A stretch of DNA of 63,624 bases, the filler included, from Folioceros fuciformis (taxonomy: Eukaryota), in the NCBI GenBank assembly GCA_049999805.1. It is 7 parts of 7 records of this genome, joined end to end, with 100 filler letters (N's around TTAATTAATTAA, not from the genome) between each part and the next. Parts side by side here need not be neighbours in the genome. Positions count along the whole stretch, not along the records: positions 37,632 to 48,093 come from JBNGIO010006238.1; positions 48,194 to 54,054 come from JBNGIO010006241.1; 5 more parts are not named here. The stretch is one strand, 5' to 3'. Positions 42,235 through 54,054 of the stretch are shown here, piece by piece. How positions within the stretch are numbered: the stretch's first letter is position 1; the number at the start of each line of letters is the position of its first letter. A program made the translations under genes and the position numbers. The notes below the pieces were generated by a model. It saw nothing but the letters and a program-made list of their open reading frames with translations. It ran no database searches and was not told the DNA's origin.

Positions 42235-43152
42235 CACTTCGTCTACCCCGACATGACAGCCTGGCTCATTCACTCTGGCTGCATGCTTTCATCTCTCGCT
42301 GTCTGAGGTACTAGCCTTGCAAGGATCTGTCCTTCCAAGCCTGGCCACTAGAGGTCCAAGGTATCCCTGGGCCTCGTAGGTTTGTCCCCTACACAGAATC
42401 CAGATCCAAGTTGCCACATCCACTCGTGTTTAGCCTGCATCGTGAGGTACTGTCCTCCTTCTTAGCTCTTCTTGAGAGCAAGCCCACAGAATCCATTGTC
42501 TCGGTGAAATACTGCTGAAGAGCTATGGGTGATCTTGCACTTGTCTCTGGCATATTTGTACCAGGGGAAGTGGAAACAGCCCAGTAGATATGGTATTGAA
42601 TCCTTGGTTTCCTTTCCAGAGATGGATCCAAGCACTGCTGGCTGCCGGAAGGAATAGCGACATCATGGTCCCTATTTAAGTCGACACTCTGGAAGTTTGC
42701 TTGCGTCGAGAGTTTCGATCAATCTGATGCGCATTACGGGGGCTGCCGTTATGGTTAACCCAGTCATCCCGGGCCTTCTAAAGGACTGTCTAGAGTGCTA
42801 AGCGCAAGAGGCCACAGACGCAGACACGAGACTCTGTTGATGCATGGTTGATTGTCATCTCGTCAGCTATCTTCCACATGTATGATGCAAACGCTGACGT
42901 ACAATGGAAACCGAGGCGACAGACCAACGAGTTCAATTGAAGCAATATTCGATAGCCCTGAACCGAAATTGCGCACTCATCTGAAACGCTGAAGAAAGAA
43001 TCATCCTCTGGGAAGGACAGATGACAGCCTATTGGCTGCAGAATTAGTTGCATCCTGCGTAAACTCCGCACTCCGAAAAAATACAGAACAATTTGTCATC
43101 CGCATATACCCAAGACCTACTCCACAACTCATCAGAGACAAAACTGTAGCCC

Positions 43153-44021
<869 letters not shown>

Positions 44022-45687
44022 AGCTGCCGCCTGCAACTCCCGGCAGCCGCCGACGTCGTACGAGACTAAGGCGACGGGCAAGAAGAAATGTCAAGGGTTT
44101 CCAAAGTAACTATATAGTATGGCTCAACGAGGATATGAGAAACTGGGCTAGCAAAATATTCTAAATTAAGAAAAGAGAAAATAGGTGAACTCCATGTCTA
44201 TCAACCATTCTCTTCTCTTTCCCAGCCCCAGAAGGTTTGAGGAATGACCACGGTCGACTCGGTTCGAAGGGCGGATAAGACTTCTTCCATAAGAACTTTG
44301 GACACTAATAGGTATGGCATATCAAATTGGCGCAGAAAGTTGCTTGTCGTTTTTCTTTCCAAAATATATCTGATCTTTTCCTCTTTTGTGCAAAAACAAA
44401 CAAAGCCAATCAAACAAACCCCATTTCCAAAGGCGGCATCGCATAACACCAAGCACATTGTCCTCATTGCTCACCAAGCACATTGTCCTCATTGCTTGCT
44501 TCGCTCTTGGCTCGTTGTTTCAAGTTTATGGTGCGGTATGATGAACTTCGGTGCAGCCATTCAATCTCCCAAACTCTGGGTGAGGTTGGGCGAATGCATG
44601 GGTGTAGACTCAATCTTAGGGCAATGGAAACTGCTTATGCACCTTTTCAGTCAGTTGTAATTAGTGCTCCAACTGAGCGAGATGATGTCTTGTTGTTACG
44701 CATCTTACTTCCAATACTTGTCTCTACTAATTATGGGATATAGGCCTCTATGTTTGTCTGAGACGTCAGCAAAGAATAGCAACATAGAAGCAATTTAATG
44801 GATGGGTGGAATGATAAAATCGCTTACTTTTAGGGCACTCTTCACTAGGGCACCTAGAATTGAATATTTTATTTTATTTATTCTTAATGCACTAAGGAGT
44901 TTCCTTAAGTATCTATTTAGTTATTCAGTTGATTATAACAACTTTGTCTATACAAAGGCATGTACTTTCTATTATGAATGCAACACATATTGCTAGAGCA
45001 ACAGCATGATTCTCACCATAGAAGGAATCGACAAGAAGAGTTATCTTGAATGAAAAAAGACAAAAGGATAATAATCTAAACCATTAGTGTGAAAATCTCC
45101 ATTTAGACAAGTCCTTGTAAGTAGGGATCATCTGCCAAATCATGACAAACAAATGAGTTTTAAGCATCGTTGTGGTTCTTTCTAGAAAAATATCACAAAC
45201 CACTAGCCTCAAATACTGGGCATTATGTTGTGGAACTTGTGTGTGGTGTCTTGAATTTTGATGATTTTGTGGAGGAATTTGTACATGGCACCTTAAATTT
45301 TACCAATTATGCGTAGGAACTCATGTGTGGCGCCTTACATTTGTAGATAGCACTATGGAATGTAGATGGTATATCAAATCTTTAAGTCATTGCAAAAACT
45401 CAATTTTCCTATAAATAATTTATCACATGATCATAAGCCTTGTGCATCATACACAATCAATATGTGAATGTGTTTAGGGTTACAAAGAAAATACAAAACT
45501 AATAAAATTACCAAAAGAATCATACGAAACTAGTAACATTACTAAGCTCATTACAGAGAAAATACTAAGCTATCAAATGCTTGCTGCAAGGACCCTAAAA
45601 CCCAAAACCTTAAACTATCTAAACCCTGCGTTAAAAAGCTTTTAGATTAAACATCCTTAAATGATTTTAAGAATCTTAGAATCTTAA

Positions 45688-47693
45688 TTAAACTAAGATA
45701 CTGTTTGTATCTATCGCACAATTACTAAAAGCTGTAGAAGGTTCTATAAAGGTTCCTTGAAGAAAATCTCTAGCCGCAGAACGAAACATATCAACTGTCA
45801 TCATTGGAACATGATTGTAACATCCTGCTAAGTTGTCCACGCAACCTTGTACTCCTGTTACACATTAAAGATGAAAGTTAATTTTTTTGTTGGACTGCAA
45901 ATCAAATAAATCCACTCAATATGCTTTTGAATGTATGTTACATGTCAAAAACAAATTCATGATTTTTTATAGAGTATGTAAAATAAATAAATAAATAATC
46001 TACAACAATATATGTACCATTGCTTGCGGAGCCGAACATTGCAATCTGCACAAACATACTATAATCGGCATATATGAAGCTCATGTTGGCATTTGAAGCT
46101 CGAAAGTTATTTACTAGTATTCTTAGTTGGTGATTATGAGCATCCACTATTGTATTTAGTGGTTGGATGCAATTATCCGAATAAGGGTGAAATGGAATGG
46201 TGTTTTGTGAAGAGCCTTCGGCTTCATTTGAAACATTTCTTGAAGTTCTTTTTGCTAATTCAGAACATCCAAGTGGTGGAATATTGATGAACATGAAGTT
46301 TGTCACATTGCCAGATCGAATAAGTGTCTGCACATAGCCACGTAAAAAACAAAATTAAAAAAAAGATTTAATATGCGGTAAGAACTTAAATAATTATGAA
46401 TATATTATACCATAAACCCTAAAATATAGAAATTTAAGTACCTCCACACCAAGTTGAATTCTACTAATGACTTCATCCACCAATGTTGTTCCTATGTGTA
46501 ATTGAGACGTGTTGGAATAAAAATATGCTCTAATATAATCATTTGCTCCAATACCAAAAATATACAATCCATTTGTCATGTCTTCATTGCTTGGTAAGAT
46601 TGGGTTGCTACAAATCTCTACAATACATAAAAAATTGAGAATGAAGAGAAATAACATATAAATATGCACAAACAAACAAATATGATTTTTCTATACATTA
46701 CCTTGAGAAGCAAGAACATTTTGTCTAAATTCGGACCACCAATACATTTCGGTACCAAGGGAGTAAAGAGACCCATTCACAATGGCTGTGGCTCCGGAAA
46801 ATGCAAAATTTGCTCCACTTTTAAAATTTGGTCGAGACACATTCGTAAATGGATGAGGAGGCAAAAGACCAAAACCTTGTGCTGAACCCACAATAATCAA
46901 AACATTAATATGTGTCTCATCCACTTTAATGATTATATTACCGAAAGAAATTAAAAAAAATGAACAATAATTCTTTCCTAAGAAGTCAATGATACGACGT
47001 TGATCATGTGTTGCTTGCACATTTGTTTCGTACGCCTCATTGAATCCATTAGAATAAGAGGCGTCTAAAGCTAATTTATTGCCACTATCCAATAGNNNNN
47101 NNNNNNNNNNNNNNNNNNNNNNNNNNNNNNNNNNNNNNNNNNNNNNNNNNNNNNNNNNNNNNNNNNNNNNNNNNNNNNNNNNNNNNNNNNNNNNNATCAA
47201 AACATTAATATGTGTCTCATTCACTTTAATGATTATATTACCAAAAGATTTTTTTTTTTAAAGAACAATAATTCTTACCTAAGAAGTCGATGATACGACG
47301 TTGATCGTGTGTTGCTTGCACATTCGTTTCGAACGCCTCATTGAATCCAGTAGAATAAGAGGCATCTAGAGCTAATTTATTGCCACTATCCACTAGTGAA
47401 TCTCCGAATCCAAATAATGCAGGGTAACATAACTTTGTTCCCATGGTTGTAGTTTTTTTGAAACTTCTAACATTTTGATCAAATGCTTGATTAGGGAAAC
47501 CAAAGAAACGTATAATCTTGACATTTCCTTCGTAAGAAGAGTTATAGTTTTCATTACTTTTAACTCCCTTACTATTCCCTTTGTGGGAGGAATTATAACT
47601 GGAGTAATTTTGAGTCAAACATATCAATATTGATATAACAAAAGCTAAAATAAATAGATTTCGTAACATCTTTCCACGAATTGTTATTGTCAT
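45688..47693 (-). CDS. GDSL esterase/lipase-like protein with a divergent block V; the model may span two tandem paralogs across a gap
   Basis: Signal/anchor peptide, CYPALFGFGDSLVDSGN, GANFAFSGAT, LYIFGIGANDY, NIPPLGC, and last exon ...FLQGTFIEP. AT-rich; N gap at 47096-47195 is flanked by diverged duplicate sequence. Confidence 0.8.
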
Positions 47694-48193
47694 ATTTAAA
47701 ATCTGCAAAACAAAACAAAACAAATCCAATCACTTTGAATTTAACTACCATTTTTAATTCGTAGCCATATAATAACTAAGATAAACTTATCTAGAATCTT
47801 AAGGCACAACCCATGTGAAAATCTGAGGAATTTTATCTATACCGATTTTATCAAAAGTGATAAATTAAAGTGAAATGTTCACAAGAATTCGATTCAAAAT
47901 CTTTTACTACACTCATTATAGAGGGATGATAGATGGAGAAAACTAAACCTACAAATGATTATCGACAAAACAATTAGAACGTTCTCAAAGTTGTAAGAAA
48001 AGGATAATATGTCATAACTAAATAATTAGCATGTTCACAAAGACAAAAGAAGTGGATAATATGTTGCAACTAAATAGTTAACACCTTCACGCANNNNNNN
48101 NNNNNNNNNNNNNNNNNNNNNNNNNNNNNNNNNNNNNTTAATTAATTAANNNNNNNNNNNNNNNNNNNNNNNNNNNNNNNNNNNNNNNNNNNN

Positions 48194-50785
48194 GGCTCCA
48201 GGAGGAGCAGTGTAAGGAGCCCAGCTCTTCCTCTTCCGCGAAAATGTACCGGCGTCAATGTGTTGTCCAATGATGGTCGTCGCCAGGAGCAGGAGCAGGA
48301 GCAGGAGCGCTTGTGGCAACAATTCTTTCTGGAGCCTACCATGTGGTGGGACAACAGACGAGATAAGAAGAGCTCCCGTTCGCCTGACTTCCGGCGGAAG
48401 GGGTCCGGTGAGGTGCTGTGGTTAAACAGCATGTTTAAGCCAGCTTGGGTTGATGATCAGCTCGTTTCCTTGGATATGCAGATGAGTCATGGTGTCTCAC
48501 CTTCCGCGTCCTGCTCTCCGGATAGGCCTGAAACTGGGACGCGTGCAGGACCGGAAATGGGCATCGTTACGGCTGTAAGCGTGAGCACGTTATGCCAGCA
48601 TGGGAAGCATTTGGAGGCCGTTGGAGCCCTGGAATGTCTGGCGCAGACAGATTCTGGTATTCCTCAGTCTCTGCTTTACACTGTGCTGAAACTGTGTACA
48701 GCTAAGAAGGATATGGCTGTGGGGCGACGAGTTCATGAGCTCGCAGTCAAACTCGGGCACGAGTCGGATGCTTTCTTGGGAAACCATATCTTGCGCATGT
48801 ATGCAAGTGGAGGTAGTCTGCAGGAGGCCATGGATGTGTTCACCAGGGTGGGCAACCCAGATGCCTTCATGTGGTTTTCCATTATATCTGGTTATGCGAA
48901 GCACGGGAAACCTAAGGAAGCCATACACCTGTACCATGAGATGCGTAGGTCAGGAGTGGAGGTGACTGGTCGCGTCTTTGTAGCTGCCCTTCAAGCATGC
49001 ACATTTGCTGCCGACTTGGAATCTGGCAGAAAAGTGCACGGTGATGTGTTGCACAGTGGCATTCCCATTAATTTGTTTGTTGGGAATTGCCTGGTCGGCA
49101 TGTATGCGAAATGTGGTGAACTGAAAGATGCACGCCAGGTTTTTGATAGCATGCCCACAAGGGATGTGGTGACATGGACGGCGATGATTGCGGGGTATAC
49201 CGAGCAAGGGCTCGGACATGAGGCGCTTGTTCTCTATGGACAAATGGAGCAGGAGGGGCTGATTTTGGCTAACCATATTACCTTTGCCTGCCTTCTGAAG
49301 GCCTGTGCAAGCACTGGTGCCTTACAGGTTGGCAGGCAGCTGCACTCACACATTGTGGAAAGCGGAGTGCTGGACGACGTTGTGTTGGGTACCTGCCTGG
49401 TGGACATGTATGCCAAGTGTGGTGAACTGGAAGATGCACGCCAGGTGTTTAACAGCATGGCCACAAAGGATGTGGTGACATGGAATGCCCTGATATCTGG
49501 GTATGCTAAATGTGGGGAACTGAAAGACGCACGTCAAGTTTTTGAGAGCATGAGTACGAAGAATGTGGTGACATGGAATGCCCTGATAGCTGGGTATGCA
49601 GAGCAAGAGCTTGGACATGAGGCACTTCTTCTGCATGGACAAATGGAGGAGGAGGGTCTGATTCTAGCTAACCATGTGACTTTTGCCTGCCTTCTGAAGG
49701 CCTGTGGAAGCACTGGTGCCTTACACAAGGGGAGGCAGCTGCACTTACAGATCGTGGAAAGGGGACTGCTGGATAGCGTAGTGTTGGGCAACTGCCTGGT
49801 GGACATGTATGCAAAATGTGGTGGTCTGGAAGATGCACGCCAGGTTTTTGACAGTATGAACTCAAAGGATGTGGTGACATGGACCTCCCTGATATCTGGC
49901 TATGGCACTTGTGATGATGGTCACAAGGCACTAGCTTGTTTTGAGGAGATGTTAGTTGCTGGTATTCAGCCTAATGATACAACTTTTACTTGCCTTTTGG
50001 TAGCATGCAGTCATGAGGGACTGGTTGACGAGGGTCGCAGCTACTTCTATTCCATGGCTGAACTGCATGGCATCAAGCCTACTATGGAGCATTACACATG
50101 CATGATTGATCTGCTTGGTCGTGCAGGCCATTTGCATGAGGCTGAGGACATGTTATTGTCATGTCAGGGCCAAAACGATATCGTGGGGTTGATGTGTTTG
50201 CTGAATGCGTGCAAAATTCATGGGGACATACAGAGGGCGATATGGTGCTTTGAAAGCATTGTTAGGCTGGACCCCCAGCAGGCGCCCGCATATGTGCTTA
50301 TGGCCAATACGTTCGCAGATGCAGGCAGGTGGACCGACGTAGACAGGATTGAAACACAGAGAAGGTTAGCAGGAGCCAACAAGAAACCTGCAGTGGCAAC
50401 AATTGAGGTGAAAAAGGAGGTACACAGATTCGTGGTGGGAGAAACGGGAGAGGATATTGCGCTCAAGGTAGAGAGCACAAATGCACGTTTGAAGCAGGAG
50501 GGAGGCCACGTGCCTCACACAAAGTTGGTGTTGAAGCCAATTTCTGAGAAGGACAAGGAAGACATGCTTTGTGGGCATGCCGAGAAGCTGGCTCTGGCGT
50601 TTGGTCTCTTGAACACTCCGAGTGGAATACCTCTGGTGGTAACGAAGAATCTGCGCATGTGCAGCGACTGCCACAGTTCCACGGAGATCATGTCAAGGCT
50701 TGAACATAGAGACATTGTTGTGAGGGATGGGTTCCGTGTCCATCGTTTCGCCGATGGTTGTTGCAGTTGTAAGGGTCGACCGTGA
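48194..50785 (+). CDS. PLS-class PPR-E-DYW protein, DYW:KP 'GRP' variant, with an N-terminal OSB-type PDF motif; open at the contig start
   Basis: PDF motif LWQQFFLEPTMWWDNRRDKKSSRSPDFRRKGSGEVLWL, about 15 PLS/SS motifs, KKPAVATIEV, HAEKLALAFG, CSDCH and C-terminus CSCKGRP. Confidence 0.93.
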   Translation, partial: GSRRSSVRSPALPLPRKCTGVNVLSNDGRRQEQEQEQERLWQQFFLEPTMWWDNRRDKKSSRSPDFRRKGSGEVLWLNSMFKPAWVDDQLVSLDMQMSHGVSPSASCSPDRPETGTRAGPEMGIVTAVSVSTLCQHGKHLEAVGALECLAQTDSGIPQSLLYTVLKLCTAKKDMAVGRRVHELAVKLGHESDAFLGNHILRMYASGGSLQEAMDVFTRVGNPDAFMWFSIISGYAKHGKPKEAIHLYHEMRRSGVEVTGRVFVAALQACTFAADLESGRKVHGDVLHSGIPINLFVGNCLVGMYAKCGELKDARQVFDSMPTRDVVTWTAMIAGYTEQGLGHEALVLYGQMEQEGLILANHITFACLLKACASTGALQVGRQLHSHIVESGVLDDVVLGTCLVDMYAKCGELEDARQVFNSMATKDVVTWNALISGYAKCGELKDARQVFESMSTKNVVTWNALIAGYAEQELGHEALLLHGQMEEEGLILANHVTFACLLKACGSTGALHKGRQLHLQIVERGLLDSVVLGNCLVDMYAKCGGLEDARQVFDSMNSKDVVTWTSLISGYGTCDDGHKALACFEEMLVAGIQPNDTTFTCLLVACSHEGLVDEGRSYFYSMAELHGIKPTMEHYTCMIDLLGRAGHLHEAEDMLLSCQGQNDIVGLMCLLNACKIHGDIQRAIWCFESIVRLDPQQAPAYVLMANTFADAGRWTDVDRIETQRRLAGANKKPAVATIEVKKEVHRFVVGETGEDIALKVESTNARLKQEGGHVPHTKLVLKPISEKDKEDMLCGHAEKLALAFGLLNTPSGIPLVVTKNLRMCSDCHSSTEIMSRLEHRDIVVRDGFRVHRFADGCCSCKGRP

Positions 50786-52149
50786 GACTAATGGAAGATT
50801 ACCCTGTGGTCAACTGTACACCTAGGGGAGGGTATGTTGCCTTTTGTTTTGGGTGTAAATGTGCTCGTGTAGAAGACAACCGTTTGGCTTTTTCCTCTAC
50901 TTGGACCGATAATGATGTGCTGCGCAGACGCTTTGGAATTCCACAACGCGATAAGCTGGCCATGTCATCAACAGGTTCTCCTTGTTATCCACGGATCTCG
51001 ACCCCTGATGGACATAACATTACCAGGGGGTCAAAAGAGGAATACATGCTTCTGGAATTCGCAATCCAAAGCCTATCACACACGCACGCCACTTCGATGG
51101 CGTTGTCTCCATGTCCTGTACCCATTACCAAGTACAATATTGCTTCTTTTTCTCAGAAGAGCATCTCTGACGAGAGAGAGAAGAGCATCAAGATGTGGGC
51201 ACGAACTCAATATATGCAAAATCCCCCCCCCCATGGCTACAAGCGTCTGCAAAAGCAACTCCGGGCATGGATACGAAAGTCCTCGCAACGTGGGTGCGAG
51301 CGTAACCTCCCAGCTGAAAGTCCTCCACAAAGTGGGTGCGAGCGACTGCATAAGCAACCTCCCAGAATTGCCTGTTTCACACAAGCAACAGAAGTTCAAT
51401 TTGAATCAAACTATCAAAGAGCTTATAATATGGTTTTATACAAGCTATATAAATTGAATTTGTTGAGTATATTTTGCAAGTTGTTAACACACTGAATCTA
51501 ACGCAAGAAGACTTCAAGATAGATACAAATGTTAGCAACTTAGCTTGACACATTTCATTAACTACTAGAAGGTTGACAAGAGTAGTAGTATTTGCATCCA
51601 AGGAGTTAGTTCTAAACTTTTTCGATAAGACCTTCAATGAACTTTTGACTAACTGTATGCACTTATTTGCATCGCTAGGATAAAATTTAGTACTAAATAG
51701 ACAGTAAGCATACAACATACAAAGATCAAGAAACTTATTATTCTTACATCAACAATAACCAAAGAATATTTGTTAGCATTAGCAATGCAAGAACTTAGTT
51801 CGCTTACAAACAAAGTAATCATATATTATAAAATCCTGCAGCCAAGGACCATATGCCGTTCCTTGGGCTACGCCTTGCTAATCTAAATCACATCACACGT
51901 CTTGCTTGCACATATTCACAACATTGGTATTTGCAATGAGTATGATAGCAATAACTAGTATCCAAGTTGGAGCCACCATCAATCACACCATGGGTCACTT
52001 TGTATCTCTTGAATGTAACTTACCATCTTTGGAGTGTATAAAAGCAACATTAGACAAAAGTAAGATAACCATAATTAAAGACCCACCGATTGTTGGACCC
52101 ATAGCGATGTTAAATGAAAGAAGGAACTTTCGTGACTTGAGTTGTTAAT

Positions 52150-52800
52150 ACTTGGCATACATAAATCGGCCCATCAAGGGGCACCTCGTTGTCACCCATG
52201 ATGCATCTAGGGTGTCATATTCTCAATGGGCTAGGGAATGTAGGTTTCTTCAATACAAGGTTTATCCATATACTTCGTAGACGCATACCTTTTTTTCACT
52301 AGCCTAAAGAGGGAAATTGGCTTGAATCACTCATGATTTCACTTAGAGTTGACCTTTTTCTCACAAGGGAAAACAAGTTTGTGTTGTTGATACGGTTATC
52401 ACAAAATCCATTACGCATTCGATTTACAAGCGTATCATCATTAACTCCTTGGATGGATGGTGGTGAAGGGTTGTGCAAATGCTAAAGTCTATAAATATTT
52501 TTCCTATAGGTTAGGCATGTTTTCATTCCTTTGCTCTAAAGACCCATGGGCCATCAGCAAAGACTTTAGGTTAGGCATGTTTTCATCCCCTTGCTCTAAA
52601 GACTCGTGGGCCATCAACAAAGACTTTTCAAGGTTCATTAATGAGTGCGCAAAGGTGTATCATAGTCATAGGATTGGAGTTCTTCCTCTTTCTTCAATCG
52701 TGGCCTTCTTTTGATAGTGCATATCCATTGCTTTGCGAAGAGTATTAGCCATTGCGGCCTCTAGAACAACAACACACTGCAGATCAAGCAGCTCAAGCAA
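52150..52800 (+). mobile_element. Degenerate 3' remnant of an RLE-type (CRE-like) non-LTR retrotransposon
   Basis: Frameshifted motifs THD, LRVDL...VVDTVIT (PD-D/ExK-like), AKVYKY and ...ISIALRRVLA. Includes a ~60-bp tandem duplication at 52508-52627. Recognised by eye. Confidence 0.45.
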
Positions 52801-53265
52801 CTTGGTTGGCACGGGTGGTAGGGTGGTAGGGCAAGCCTTGTGTTATTTCGACATTTCTTGGGCACCAATGATAGATAGGCCTTGTGGTATTTTCACATTT
52901 CTTGGCATCGGTGGTAGGTGGGCCTTGTGTTATTTCATATCTCAACATTTTAGGAGAATAGATGATTTTGAGATGATATTCCTAACGGGCTCCTACCGTT
53001 GCAGCCTTTGGCCTTGTCCGGTTTCTCCTTCCCAGAGTTCGAGTAGACCGGATTTTACATCTTGTTTTCAATAATAAAAAATAATCCCTTTCTCTCCACT
53101 GGTGTTAATGGTCCAAATCGTCGGACCCCAAAAGTTGGTCTTCTCTCCCGAGGTGCCCAAGTGGCTGCCGTGTGCACCGCCTCGGGAGAGTGGTGTGGTC
53201 ACAGTCAGTCCGTCGGTCTGCACGCCGTGGTTCGTCGGTACGCTAGCATTTTCCCCCAGTGAACG

Positions 53266-54054
53266 ATGGCCGCAACAGATTCTCTGTGTACAGGGATTCT
53301 ACGAGGAGCCCCCGCTCACCTAATCACAGGGAGTCAAGCCCCAGCAAACCACCAAGCCTTCAGATGCTGCAGTGTAAGGAGCCCAGTTAATCCACCTCCG
53401 AGAAAATGTTGGGATGGGGACGACCTCTTCGGGGATGGTCGTCGCCAGAAGCAGGAGCAAGAGCACTTGTGGCAACAATTTTTTCTGGACCCAACCATGT
53501 GGTGGGACAACAGACGAGATAAGAAGAGCTCCCGTTTGCCTGACTTCCGTCGTAAGGGGTCCGGTGAGGAGCTGTGGCTAGACAGCATGTCCAAGCCAGC
53601 TTGGGTTGATGAGCAGCTCTTGTCTTTGGATATGCAGATGGGTCACGGTTACTCTCCTTCCAAGTCCAGCTCTCCGGAGAATCCTGAACCTGGGAGCCGT
53701 GTAGCAAGGGAAATGGGCTCCAGGAGGAGCAGTGTAAGGAGCCCAGCTCTTCCTCTTCCGCGAAAATGTACCGGCGTCAATGTGTTGTCCAATGATGGTC
53801 GTCGCCAGGAGCAGGAGCAGGAGCAGGAGCGCTTGTGGCAACAATTCTTTCTGGAGCCTACCATGTGGTGGGACAACAGACGAGATAAGAAGAGCTCCCG
53901 TTCGCCTGACTTCCGGCGGAAGGGGTCCGGTGAGGTGCTGTGGTTAAACAGCATGTTTAAGCCAGCTTGGGTTGATGATCAGCTCGTTTCCTTGGATATG
54001 CAGATGAGTCATGGTGTCTCACCTTCCGCGTCCTGCTCTCCGGATAGGCCTGAA
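53266..54054 (+). CDS. 5' part of the PDF-PPR-GRP gene (or next tandem copy): targeting-peptide-like leader plus two PDF motifs; truncated by the contig end
   Basis: ATG at 53266; two 120-aa repeats each with WWDNR...PDFRRK...LWL...PAWV. 53716-54054 is identical to 48194-48532. Confidence 0.88.

Noticed and set aside
50782-51495. 237-aa ORF overlapping the GRP stop codon, operon-like
   Set aside because: GTG start, no domain, and internal short repeats; likely 3'UTR or element debris.
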